NCBI RefSeq assembly: GCF_040938485.1
Contig: NW_027271431.1
Location: 2,852,001-2,916,000, forward strand
Reading direction: 5' to 3'
Length of the DNA stretch: 64,000 nt
Origin: Diadema antillarum
Lineage: Eukaryota
A model generated the notes under the pieces. That model worked only from the letters and a program-made list of their open reading frames with translations. It ran no database searches and had not been told where the DNA came from. Below are positions 36,866-49,700 of this stretch, one piece after another (within the stretch, counting starts at the first letter, position 1; each line of letters starts with the position of its first letter). The translations under genes and the position numbers were made by a program.

Positions 36866-38655
36866 AATAATTATGATGATGAGGCTTCATACTCCTGTAA
36901 CGAGGTGATATGATGTATGTGACCTGTGAGATACCAGTGGAATGAGGAACTTTGAAATGATCCTCATCAAAATCATGATTGGAATGTAGACATGAGACAA
37001 ATTCACATTTTACATCTTGTTAAAGGGATTGAAGGTGGTGATCGGCAAGACCGAGGCGACTATTTGTTCATGCAGTCAATCAGTCCTTTTGAATATAACG
37101 TACATCTACAGTATGATCAAGTCATGGATGATTAAAAGCTTTATACAAGAAGCTTTAGTGCTAGAAGTGCTTAACTCCACTCAAAATATGACTAGTTGAA
37201 CTCTTCTGTCATTCTACAAAGTCCTGTGCTTTATAAATGCTACAGGTGATGTTCAATGTTTAAACGTAATTTTGAATTTGCTTGTTGCAAGTAGACATAT
37301 TTATTCTTGTGAATTAAGTTGCATTATTTTCCATTTGCTTTCATCAATTTTGATTTTTCTTTGTTCTAAAGGGATAAAACCCTGAAATCATATATGAGAA
37401 TGAGATTTCATTGAAAGATACATGATATTGTAGTACATGGATTTTTAAGAGTTGAAACTCAGTGCTAACACATTATTATTTAATGTAAGCTGTGTCATAG
37501 TTTCCTTTCTGACCCAATTCTATATGTATTAGCATCGAAACCCAATTTGAGCTAAACACTGCCCCAGAATAACAGGCTAGAAGTGTATTCTTGTGCTTTT
37601 ATCACAGGTTGTCACTAGATCCAGGTATAATTAGTGTGGCACTTGCAATCTTGTCGACGCTGCATTATCACCAGCCCAGGCTGTGTTGTTGGTGCAGTGA
37701 AGTTATAGCTCTGATTGAATTCAAGTGAGAATAAATAATTGTTGTCTCTCCACAGCTGTGAAACAACGTTACCATCGAGGGTAGTTAGACATGTAGTGGA
37801 AAACTCACATGATTTTATGGGTCTCTGATGCCATTTCTAATTTTTGAATTGCTGCCTTTCAACTTGATTACTCACCAGAAAAAGCATTTATGTTCTTTTA
37901 GCTTTATAGAGGCTCACAACTAACTGAAGTAAAGCAGTCCAGTCAGGGTAGACGAATTAGAAATATAAGGAATGCAATGGTGTGCATTATTGTAAGTTGG
38001 TAGAAGTGGGGAAATTTGAATATTGTGCAAGTTGTAAGGCATGCTTGAAATAACTGCAAGTTGACATTCCCATTAATATGAAGTCATGGGGGGGGGAAGG
38101 GGTATATTTTTTCCTATGAAGGAATGTATTTGAAAGAATGCCCTCCAAGTCGGTATTCTGTCTACAGGAATTATTTATGCTAATTAAACTTCGACACAAT
38201 TCACATTAAAGGAAGAGAAAAACTGTTATGAAATATTGCACTACCTTGACAACACGAGGTGTGAAATTGTTCAAGGGCTCTATACATAGTGCTGATTGAT
38301 GCATGCAATGTAAAGTCGTATGATCTTTCTATACCGGAGTGTGTTGGGAGACAAAGAGATACATGCTGTGGTCTGCCTGGGATAGAACAGATGACCCAAC
38401 TCCACGTCTAACGTCGGCCTTTTGTGCTCACTATGTGACACTGTGTGGATGACATCAGAAACTCTGGCACATTCGGGAGGTGATCACTGGAACCATGTAT
38501 CCCGATTTACAACTTCTATCACTTGTAATGGACTGTCTTCCAGTGCAGATGAAAAAAATAAATACACTTTGGAGCATTTATACCATCATGTACAACTCAG
38601 CAGTTCTCTTAACTTCTTGTGTGACCTCAATAATGACCTCTCTCACTCGAACTTG

Positions 38656-39234
38656 GACCCCGTATACAGTGCAAGGCTCGGCCGCGGCCAAGCAGCGGCC
38701 GAGCAGTGGCCGAGCCTGCCTTCATTTCAGTGTAAACGCGCAAAGGGCCAAATGCGGGGCCAAAATTGGCCGCGCATTTGGCCACGCTCTGGAGGTGGTC
38801 TCGGCCGTGGCCGAGCCGCGGCCTTTTCTCAGTGTAAACGCAAACTGGGCCAAATGCGCGGCCAATCTTAGTCTGGCTTCCAAACCCTCTGCCCGTACTA
38901 TTTCGTTATTCAGGATATTAACCCCCTCAACGTCGAAAACTAGTATAGTTTAAGGTGGTTTTGTCCTGCAAAGGATTTTTCCTTCGGCAAAGGCCTTTGC
39001 CCGAATGGCGACTTTGTCGCCACGGAATCCAGTTGGCAAAGGGTCTGAAAACCAGACTATACCAAATTGCGTTTGTTTACAAGCAGAGCACCACTATGAC
39101 AAAATATTGAAAGGTTTGAATTAAAAGCGCGGCCGAGCCGGGCAGTGTAAACGGACAAAATTGCGGGGCTCGGCCCCGCAATTGAGGCTGGGCTCGGCCG
39201 CGGCTCGGCCCAGCCCCGCACTGTAAACGGGGTC
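38656..39234. mobile_element. PIF/Harbinger-like GC-rich MITE containing a nested MITE
   Basis: GACCCCGTATACAGTGC ... GCACTGTAAACGGGGTC TIRs; internal CAGTGTAAACG repeats and GGCC-rich palindromes. Confidence 0.85.
38869..39059. mobile_element. Nested MITE with TAGTCTGG...CCAGACTA ends (Academ-like termini, or TA TSD)
   Basis: AGTCTGGCTTCCAAACCCTCTGCC vs reverse complement AGTCTGGTTTTCAGACCCTTTGCC (20/24). Confidence 0.7.
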
Positions 39235-40795
39235 ATGGTAGTGATGAATGTGTGGAGTTGAATGGCTTCATAATTATGTATGATGCAGAAGACCTGATAC
39301 TGAATTGTATTAGTAATTAGCAGATTTGGGGAGTGAAGTCACCCGCGTCCATCACAGGTTAGACTTCACACCAGAGTGGCCGCAGACATGCCAGAAAGAT
39401 ACTTTGTAGAAACATGGTGGTGAATGTAAATGATTTTCTTCCTTCATAGTTCTTTTTTTCTTCTTCATCATTTTTGGACCCACCACGACATTACCCTGTG
39501 AGATGCAGACCTTCGGCTGAGAAAAATGGCAATTTTATCGAAAAAATCATGATAATTAATTCAGACTTTTCCAGAAATCTAAAGGTGTATAGTTTAGCAA
39601 GTTCCTTCAAATATTCAATGGTCTTCCAAGATGTTTTGAAATGAAAGTGTTAATTATTTCTGTGATTTGTTTTCTTAAGCACTCATCAGAAGTTTGCACA
39701 GATGTATTGGAATGAATGAACACAGATTAATGGAAAGTGCTGAAAGCTATCTCTAGTACAGTCAATCCAAATTGTTTCAACAAAGTTCATCCGAAAAGAA
39801 CAGAAAGGTTTAGTGTAAATGGATCTGCATTTTAATTTCATTAAAAATTAATTGAAAAATATTAATGAATTATATTTTTGTGTGAAACATTTTCAGCAAT
39901 AAGTTTTTCCCTAAAACCGACTTACTCTTTGTAAATATTTTCCTAATTATGTCTGCATTATTCGCTCTCATGACCAGTCCACATCTGCTTTTCAAGGCTG
40001 ATCTTGTGAAGTAGTGAGACATATACCATTGAAAAGCTTTGGAATTCAGAAATACCACAATCAGAAATTTGATGCTTGATTACTTAGTAATACTCTATCA
40101 GACTGTTGTGACAATGGGTCACATTTAAGCACACAGCATACAGGGAAATACACTTCACTGCATCAGGACAGAGACACCTGCAAAGAATAACAAATTCATT
40201 GTGTAAACTGTTTTGAAAGATAATATGTTTTTTATTGTCAAACTCTGGACAAAGAAATTGCATGATTTGACCAATATGTATTATGCAAAACAACAAAACC
40301 CACGCCTTGTCAAATACAAATTTTACCATCATTGCCTCTTCTTTTTTTTTTTCCACATAAAAAAATGTCTACATTCACTTAAATATTAATCTCATCACCT
40401 ATAACATTTACACCTCACAAAACTCTGTGAGATTCTTGGCATATACATTGTATATCAGACTGTCTGGACTTTTACAGGGATCCAAAATCACCTTGTCTAA
40501 CCATACATAGCAGTGTGTGTGGAATGAAAGCATATACATTGTACATATGTGCAAAAGAAAAAAAAAAGGTACATTTATGTGTTGACAGAGAACACAAGAA
40601 GAAAGGGGCAATGCACCATTTAATGTAGTAAAAAAAGTTAAATATGCCATGTTAATGCGTTCCCTACGATAGATGACATCAAAAGCTCCCTACAATATAT
40701 GACATCAAATTTCTAGATTATAACCAGCCCTCTAGTAGTGTGGGCTTTTGACAATTTTCTTCTCGGTGTGTTTCAACTGATAGCAGCATAACGTA

Positions 40796-41067
40796 CAGTG
40801 GACTCCTGTTATAACGAAGTCCTTGGGACCGGCTGTTTTCTTTTGTTATATCGAAATTTCGTTATAACCGAACAAATACACAATAAAAATACATAGAGTG
40901 GATAATGTTGTGGCATGAATTTTAACTTCGTTGTAACCGGAATTTCGTTATAACCGAACAAATACACAATAAAAATACATAGAGTGGATAATGTTGTGGC
41001 ATGAATTTTAACTTCGTTGTAACCGGAATTTCGTTATAACCGTGTTCGTTATAACGGGAGTGCACTG
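40796..41067. mobile_element. pogo/Tigger-like MITE, TA TSD, internal perfect 86-bp tandem duplication
   Basis: TA|CAGTGGACTCCTGTTATAACGAA ... TTCGTTATAACGGGAGTGCACTG|TA; AATTTCGTTATAACCG at 40855, 40941 and 41027. Confidence 0.9.
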
Positions 41068-41532
41068 TATTACATATACCTACTTGCCCCAGAATAATAT
41101 CAGATTGGATAACCTGACAACCTGCAATTTGTAAGTAAAGATGTAAGGATCTCTGAAGACACCCAGAAGACATTTTTCTTATTCCCACATACTGAAAGAA
41201 GAGTAGAAGGTAAGTGAACAGTTGAGCAAACTCTGATTGAGAATGCTATTGCCCAAGCGTCTCTGTCATCTGATGAACTGTTTTGTGGTGACCCAACACG
41301 CTAGATACATTGTATCTTGGTCGTGTGACTGATCCTATTTGCATAAAAGTCTGAGTTTTCAGGGCATAACAATACCTTTGATTTATATCTCTTTAGCAGA
41401 CACATTTCATTCTATGTGTCTGTTGAAGAGACTTACCACTCGCCTCTCCAACAAAGGAAGGAAATAACCTTATGCCAAGTCAATGAAGTAATTTTTTCAC
41501 AAGACATCATGGCCATGTGACCAAACTAGCTC

Positions 41533-41740
41533 CTGTAAAGCCAGAAACATTAGCGGCATGATACTTATGTGAATTGGAGCCGACGGCCTTTTTTTGCGAC
41601 ATGAAACTTTCGCAAATTGGTGATTGGCATTCAGTGCATTGTGTGGACAAAAATATTTGCGTGCATTTTAATTTTGTGAATCTTAGCTCCTCACAAAATT
41701 CATGAAAATTTCATGTTTGCAAAAATTTCTGGTTTTAAAG
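41533..41740 (-). mobile_element. CTGTAAAA-family MITE, reverse orientation, diverged
   Basis: CTGTAAAGCC ... GGTTTTAAAG|TA; internal AATTGGAGCCGACGGCC is the reverse complement of the family motif GGCTGTCGGCTCCAATT. Confidence 0.7.
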
Positions 41741-43519
41741 TAGTCTGACGCTCTGTGGATTATGTTGACTTACTGACATTGTAACTGTCACAACTGTCTG
41801 ATACTTGTAATTACATACACTTTTTTCAGACATTCTCATTCATTCATGATTGAATTAAGAGCCCCTTTGTCAGGTGTAGTCCTCTGGAAAAAAAAAAAAC
41901 TAAAGCAAAACCTTGGGAACACCTAAAAATGTGCAGAACCTATGCATAACATAACCTCATCATATCAAAAGTAAGATGAAATTTTGATCTACTTACTGTT
42001 GTAACAGCCCCACATGCTTGTGTTTGAACACAAGACACATCAAGCAATGCTAATGCTGAATGACATTACTAAGTGAACAGTGACAAATGAATAAGACACT
42101 ACATCTGCACACATCTCATAAAAATGCAAGATGAAAATAAACAGTGATTTTAAGACCTGGAAATCATGCACTGGTCTTGATCAAGCATCAAATACGGCAA
42201 AACAAAGAGCAAAAATGAATTGAAATGGGGGAAATGTTTCAACACATTGTTGATTCACACAGAACGCTTATTTAGCTGACCCAAGCCATCGCTCACGTGC
42301 GTATTGTGCTTAATTAAGAACATGCTTAATCTAAACCTTGTGACACAAATGAAATTTAGCTGTGCTGTTTGTTGAGTGATTGCGTACGATGTGGAATCAT
42401 GCACCTGTGACCTCATAATGCAATTTTTTTAGACACCCATTTTCTTGAAATGAAATATAATCAAAGCAATGGGTCAAGATAAGAAAAGAGCACAGAAGAA
42501 AACAACCAAATATGACATGTACAAAGTGTCCTAATACCAAGGCTATATTTCATGTTAGTCATCCAAACTACAAGAGTGTGTACAAATAAATTACATGGCA
42601 AGTTATAGGGTCCCAAAACAGTAAATTGTATTTCAATCGACAGCCAGTGGCAATTACAGGCTTTTGCTTGGAGAGATAGAAAAAGCAAAAAACAGCCCAA
42701 AACACAGACTGTGATTAAAAGGAAATGCTCACAAGATTGTGTATTTCATATCAAGGAACACTGAAAATAAACAAAAAGTTATTTTTCAATCGATAAACAC
42801 GTTTCCAGTGTTGATGTACAACACTCAAAAAATACTGTTGGTTTGAAATCCTGACTTTACTGCTGATATCACAGCTGTAGTCAGTGGGAATGTTTAGCGT
42901 AATTCACCCTGCTACATACAGATAACATGTTCCCATGACTAAATATAGAATAGATTAGGATTTTATCTTGTGGTTGCTACATGTCCTTGATGGACATGAT
43001 GTCATATCATCTGGAACATTGGAGAACTGACAAAAGATGAATGAAACATGGCACATCACTACTTGTTCAAACTGCACAGCAAAGTGATAACAACTGGACG
43101 AGTACTGTGCATGCTGCCCGTTTTCACCAGGTGGCAAAACGGAAGTCATTGATCGACGCGACGTCTGTTAGAAGACTTCAAACACCTGTAGGTATAGTAC
43201 TGCTACTGCACGAGTGTCCTCGCCACTCAGCATTTATGATAACCTGTCAGTTTGGAATGGTACATTTGGATATCTTTGGTGGTGCTTTCAGACTTTTGTC
43301 ATCGCTGGATGTAAAGTGGCCATGTAATATCAGGGGATACCACTCACTTGTCAGAATCTATTTCGCTTTGGAAGCATTTCTAATCCAAATATGCCATGGA
43401 CTCTCGGGTTGGTCCGTCACATATCGACAAACTAGATGGATGGGAAGTTGATAATTTCTACAATACTCGAGCAGAATTTATCACACAATCTCACATGAGA
43501 CCTACGCAAATTCACACAA

Positions 43520-43522
<3 letters not shown>

Positions 43523-43570
<48 letters not shown>
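43523..43570. repeat. (CA)24 microsatellite, i.e. (UG)24 in the GNPDA 3' UTR
   Basis: Perfect run ~130 nt downstream of the GNPDA stop codon. Confidence 0.95.
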
Positions 43571-43577
<7 letters not shown>

Positions 43578-43702
43578 ATACATATACAAACAAACTGTAT
43601 GACGGACTAAGCTGCAAGCAAGTCCAGTAGACAGACTTTGTTTGCATGAGTCTTGGTAAGGCCAAGTGCTATCAGAGCTGATGACATTGCTGCGATGCGT
43701 GG

Positions 43703-46700
43703 CTACTTCTTCTTCTGACGCTTGACCTCCGGCAGGTCGGGGGAGTCCTCCACCAGCTTGTTGTGGACGTACATGAGACTCTTGAAGTACTTCACCGTTT
43801 TGACTCGCAACTCTAGGGTGGCATCCTCGTCGACGACGAATATGGTGCGTGGGTGCTGCTGGAAGGCAGAGACAGTCCACATGTGGCTGACACCTTCCTC
43901 GATAGCCTTGTAGAGGGCAAAGGCCTTGTGGGCCCCAGTGATGAGAATCATGACCTGGTAGGGACAGACAAAGCATTCTCACAGATAGGGACAAGGCATT
44001 CTCAGAGATAGGGACTAAGATATAGGGACAAGGGATTCTTAGAGAGAGTAGCAAGGAATTCTCAAATACAGTGAAACCCCGTTATAACGAGTTCGGTTAT
44101 AACGAGGAACCGCTTTTAACGAGGTGATCGCGTCGGTCCCATTTTCCTATGCATGCAAACCAATGGCAGAACGAATCGGTTATAACGAGTTCGGTTATAA
44201 CGAGATTCCGGTTATAACGAGGACAATTTCGGTGCATCATGATAAAGAAAAACATAAGCAATTTGATCGGATATAACGAGGTTCCATTTCTTGACTAAAT
44301 TGTCGCTTTCAAACACGCGACAAACGAAACATTGAAAACCGAATTCACGCTATCCACGTCTTTTTCCCGTTTTGCAGAGAACCGTTCCTTCCATTTTTTT
44401 TCTTCTAAACCACGCAATAAGACACAAGAATGCCTTCCGATGTTCCTACTGAATTATTAAACACAATCATTCAATTTTCTTTTTCGCGAGATACGCGTGT
44501 GTGACGAAGCGAAAAAAAAAGATAACGCATTCAAAAACTTTTCATGTAGCGACACTTGTGGCAAAAAATGGACAATTAGAATGCGTGTGCAACTCATCAC
44601 TATATCCTTTCCGTTTTTAGTTCTGAATTCCAGTTCTTTTGCTGAATAGCAAATATGAGTGTGTATGATTAAAGCCGAAATAATTAATGAAATCATCGCG
44701 ATCCCGCTGAGTGACAGTAGCGTGAAATTACTAAAAAAATTTGAATAACGCATGTTAACCTACTTAATCGGTGTTCAGAAAAAGAAACCAACACATTTAT
44801 TTAGTATTTAGTATTTATCTGATAATTTTAGTATGAGTGTGTGTGATTGAAGCCGAAATAACTGGTGAAATAATCGCAATCTCGCCGGGTGACCGTAGCG
44901 TAAAAGATAGTTGAATAACTTAATCGGTGTTCGGAAATAGAAACAAACGCATTTAACAGTTCAAGAACGGAATCAATGTACAAATCGCGCAGATATTTTC
45001 GGAAGAAAATAAAGAACGCATTTTTAATCCCTTCGGACGCAACGATCATACATTGTATAAAATTACAGCCGAAATGATTCATGAAATTATCGCATTCCCG
45101 CTGGGCACTAACAGCGTAAAATACCTTGCAAGTTAACGGTATCCAACGCATGTATGTTACCCTGAAATCATCGCGATCTCGCCAGATGAAAGTAGCGTAA
45201 AAAAGTTGAATGACACATGCTAACCTGAATCAGAAAAAGAAACCGACGCATTTATTAGTTTGAATAAATATGGGTTTGTTCATTATTACAATTTTAACAC
45301 TGCACTTCACAAAGAAGATTTTTCTTTCTTTCAGAAAGGTCTACCAGGTAAAGATTTGCGTAAAAAGGATCACAACCTTCCACATTCAATCCTGTCGCAT
45401 ATTTTTCAAGAACAGATGTACAATACGCGAAGAGATTTTTGGGAAGAAAATAAAGAACGCATTTTTAATCCCTTCCGGCGCAACGATCATACGTGGTACA
45501 AGATAACAGCCGAAATGATTCATTAAATCATCGCATTCTCGCTGGGCACTACAAGCGTAAAAATACCTCGCAAGTTACGGTAAACAAGGCCTGTATGTTA
45601 CTCTATCTGCGCTGGTGTTAAGAAAAACTTCACAAACAAGAATTATTACAATTAAGATTTAACTCATTTCAGCCCCTACTTTTTCGTCTAATTCACAAAT
45701 AATTTCCCTTTATTCTCTCAATAATAATGATCCATAATTGTGTAATAACAACGCAAAGGATGTCGTTATACAGTTTCATTTATGGGTATATGATGTCCTG
45801 CTTATGTTTTTCTTTGTTTTTTATGCGTACGGATATAACGAGGTACCGGATATAACGAGGTAATATCGCCGGTCCCATGGACCTCGTTATAACGGGGTTT
45901 CATTGTATAGGGAACGGGATTCTCAGAGATATGAACAAGGGATTCTCAAAGATAAGGACAAGGGATTCTCAGAGATATGAACAAGGGATTCTCTGAGATA
46001 GGGACAAGCCATTCTCATAGATAGGGACAAGGGATTCTCAGAGATAGGGACAAGGGATCTTCATAGATAGGGACAAGGGATTCTCATATATAGGGACAAG
46101 GGATCTTCATAGATAGGGACAAGGGATCTTCATAGATAGGGACAAGGGGTTGCAAGGGATTCTCAGGTCCTACCGTTTTTGCAATGATAAACAACACCTG
46201 TAACTGATCAAAGCGCAATATTGCATGGTGGATCCTTGGATTGAAACAGAGAGAAATGCTTTCATATTGAAGGAGAGTGACAAAGACATATGAAGATAAA
46301 GACAGACAGACAGACAGACAGACAGACACTCACCTCCTTGGACTCCATCACTGTGCCTACACCCACAGTCAAAGCCATGGTTGGCACCTTGCTGATATCG
46401 TTGTCAAAGAAGCGGGCATTGGCAATGATGGTGTCTTGGGCCAGCGTCTTGACCCTTGTCCTGGAGACAAGACTAGACCCTGGCTCATTGAAAGCTATGT
46501 GACCATCTGGCCCAATTCCTGAGGAAGTAAACAAAGGTAAAATAGGAGTAGGATACCTTTCAAGTTCTAGCCTACAAATGTGACACATGGGTAAATCATC
46601 TCACTATATCATTGCAGCATACATAAGAGTTAATTAGAACTTGAACAATCTACTGCAATAATTTCAAGAAAACAAATTTCAAAAGCAAGAAAATTTACTG

Positions 46701-49700
46701 CAACGGCAGAGAACATGAAAAACTCCGAGTATGGTTTGGGGCAAGTTTAACAAGGACTGTCAGGTTTCAAAGATCACAAAAAGCTCCTATAAGGAATGTG
46801 AGTACTGTAAAACGAGGAATTTTCGCGTGCATTTTAATTTCGCGAATTTCGCGAGTGCCAAAATTCGCGAAATTAAAATGCACGCGAAAGCTTTTGTCTA
46901 CACTACATACACTGAATGCCAGAAGCAATTCGCGAAAATTTCATGCCACGAAAAAGGCTGTCGGCTCCAATTCGCGAAAATTTCATGCCGCGAATATATC
47001 ATGTTTTACAGTACACAGAAACAAATCAAAAGTCTCAAGCTTAGAGGTGGTGTAGAACCACAGTGACCCATCAGTTGGACAGAATGTGATGTCTAAATTG
47101 CATACCAGAAATAGAAGACACAAAAAGTGACTGTAATAGATCAAAATATTGTACAAATGCACAAAACAATTATACAAACTCACATATGACAAAAGACATT
47201 CAGCAGACAAAATTTCATCTCCAAATACGCTGTATACTAGAATACTAGCATGGCCTCGCCCTTTGAGGAAAACTCCCCAAGAGATGCAGTCTGATTGGAG
47301 GTCCTGATTCTTGTCTCCCATATAATAGCAGATTTACAGAATGGTCAGGTAAGAATCAAAACTAGCTGGACAATAACAGGTGACTCACCATATATGTAGC
47401 AAATGTTTGTAAAGGAGGATAAAGACAAAACAAACCTCCTATAAAGAGTTCCACCCCGCCCGCCTCGGAGATCGCCTTCTCGTAGTTCAGACATTCTTCA
47501 TCCAGGTCCTTGGCGTTGCCGTCAGGGATGTGGACATTCTCGGGCAGGATGTCAATGTGCTTGAAGAAGTGGTCCCACATGAAGGAGTGGTAGCTCTCAG
47601 GGTGGTCTCGAGGCAAGCCTGTGGATGATAATACCACCACTCAAAAGTCTGATTATCGACAGATATCAAGCTTTGCTTACCACATAGAGGATATTTCAGT
47701 AGTTTCCTCTGTATTTCTTTGGAGGGTATAAGCTGTTCAAACACATACACACAAAGAATAATTGATTAAAAGATTTGAATTTTTCTGTTCAATTTTCATC
47801 TTTTATGATGAATTCAAGTAGAAACACAGGTCATACTCTGTCATGTACTTGCTCATAAACATTTATGCTGACATCACATATCTATAAATTATACAATCTT
47901 TATCTTCCATGGCAATGTTTTATGCTCGCAAATGCATACATTTTGAATGATTTGCAATTAACTTTGACACACATTTGTGCAATTCTTCAATGGGATTGAT
48001 TTTGCATGTAGGCATTCAAAAAATGAAACCTCTAAATTGACATCTTACTGACAAAATCATGAATCTAATGACATGCAAGTACTCACCTACATACTCGTCC
48101 ATGTTGAAAGTTTTCACATATCGGAAAGACAGCGCCCCCCCTTTGTGGAATTCAATCAGCTTCTTGTACATTCCAATGGGAGTGCTGCCTAAAGGGGCAA
48201 AGGGATTTTTTAATGTTTCTTTAGTAGGGCCTATTCTTTATATGGAAATACATAAACATACACACTCTCAACACAGTCAGTATGATGCAGATTCAAGAAA
48301 ATTGACAAGAATTTTCAGTAATTTTGTGAGGTAAGCAAATAAAGAAAACAGTGAAGGAGCTGAATTGGCCATATTTCTACAGCTGTAATTTGAGACACTG
48401 ACAGAGTGCCAATAGGTCATAACTAATCACTCATGGTCTTATTCCACACACTGACGGAGTGCCACAGAAGTGTAGTTTATTGACAAGAGGTCACAACTCA
48501 CCACTTATGGTCATATTTTACACAATTACATAAAAGGCTGCTTGTTCTGCAGGATGGGTTCCAGTCAAAACAATTTACTCTCTGGGGATGATTCTGTTTA
48601 ATAATTTAACAAATTTCTGTTTCTTAAATCATGATGACTTCACATGTCTTAAAGTTTCAGCTTAATTTGTCTTCTATCTTATAACATCTCATTCACTGTA
48701 GCATAGAAATGAATACAATTATAATTCCAAACAAGGAAAAGTAGAAATTACGCGGTGCGTAAAATATGTCCCCGCCGGAAGTAGCATTTAGTATCAAAGT
48801 GTACTATATAGGTCAAAAGATCAAGGTCAAAGGTCAAAGAAGTCAAAGGTCAACATTCTGTGTAGAAGTTTTGAAGCCCTCACCTAGTGCCATCACATAA
48901 AGCAAACGGCATCGAAATCGGGTTAGAAATGGTGAAGGAGTAGCATTTTGTAGCAAAATGTACAATACAGGTCAAAAAATCAAGGTCAAAGGTCAAAGAA
49001 GTCAAAGGTCAAAATTCTGTGTAGAAGTGTTGAAGCCCTCACCTAGTGCCATCACATAAAGCAAACGGAATCGAAATCGGGTTAGAAATGGCGAAGGAGT
49101 AGCATTTTGTAGCAAAATGTACAATATAGGTCAAAAAATCAAGGTCAAAGGTCAAAGAAGTCAAAGGTCAAAATTCTGTGTAGAAGTGTTGAAGCCCTCA
49201 CCTAGTGCCATCACATAAAACAAACGGAATCGAAATCGGGTTAGAAATGACGAAGGAGTAGCATTTTGTAGCAAAATGTACAATACAGGTCAAAAATCAA
49301 GGTCAAAGGTCAAAATTCTGTGTAGAAGTTTTGAAGCCCTCACCTAGTGCCATCACATAAAGCAAATGGAATCGAAATCGGGTTAGAAATGGCGAAGGAG
49401 TAGCATTTTGTAGCAAAATGTACAATATAGGTCAAAGGTCAAGGTCAAAGGTCACGACTGAAATTCTGTGTAGAAGTTTCAAAGCTCCCATGTAGTGCTA
49501 TCATATAAAGCAAACAGAATCAAAATTGGCTCATAAATGACAGAGAAGTAGCAAATTGAAGATTTCGATCACACATGGACGCACACACGGACGCACACAC
49601 GGACGGACGGACGGACGGACGGACGGACACACGGACACACACACGTACGGAGCCCGTTTCATAGTCCCCTGCTCGAACTCGTTCGGCGGGGACAATTAAA

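Noticed and set aside
36870-36960. C-box-like ATGATGA suggesting a C/D snoRNA
   Set aside because: No properly placed CTGA D box or terminal stem; not in an evident host intron.
38422-38953. 149-aa and 157-aa ORFs
   Set aside because: They stay open because they run into a GC-rich palindromic MITE; no recognisable domain.
41190-41215. Perfect + donor (AAG|GTAAGT) next to a strong - acceptor (CTCTTCTTTCAG|)
   Set aside because: No partner splice sites or convincing ORF (~32 codons after a stop). It could be a UTR or lncRNA exon but cannot be supported from sequence alone.
44457-45526. ORFs of 78-107 aa inside the 1.84-kb TIR element as a possible transposase
   Set aside because: No HTH or DDE/DDD motifs; they derive from internal tandem repeats.
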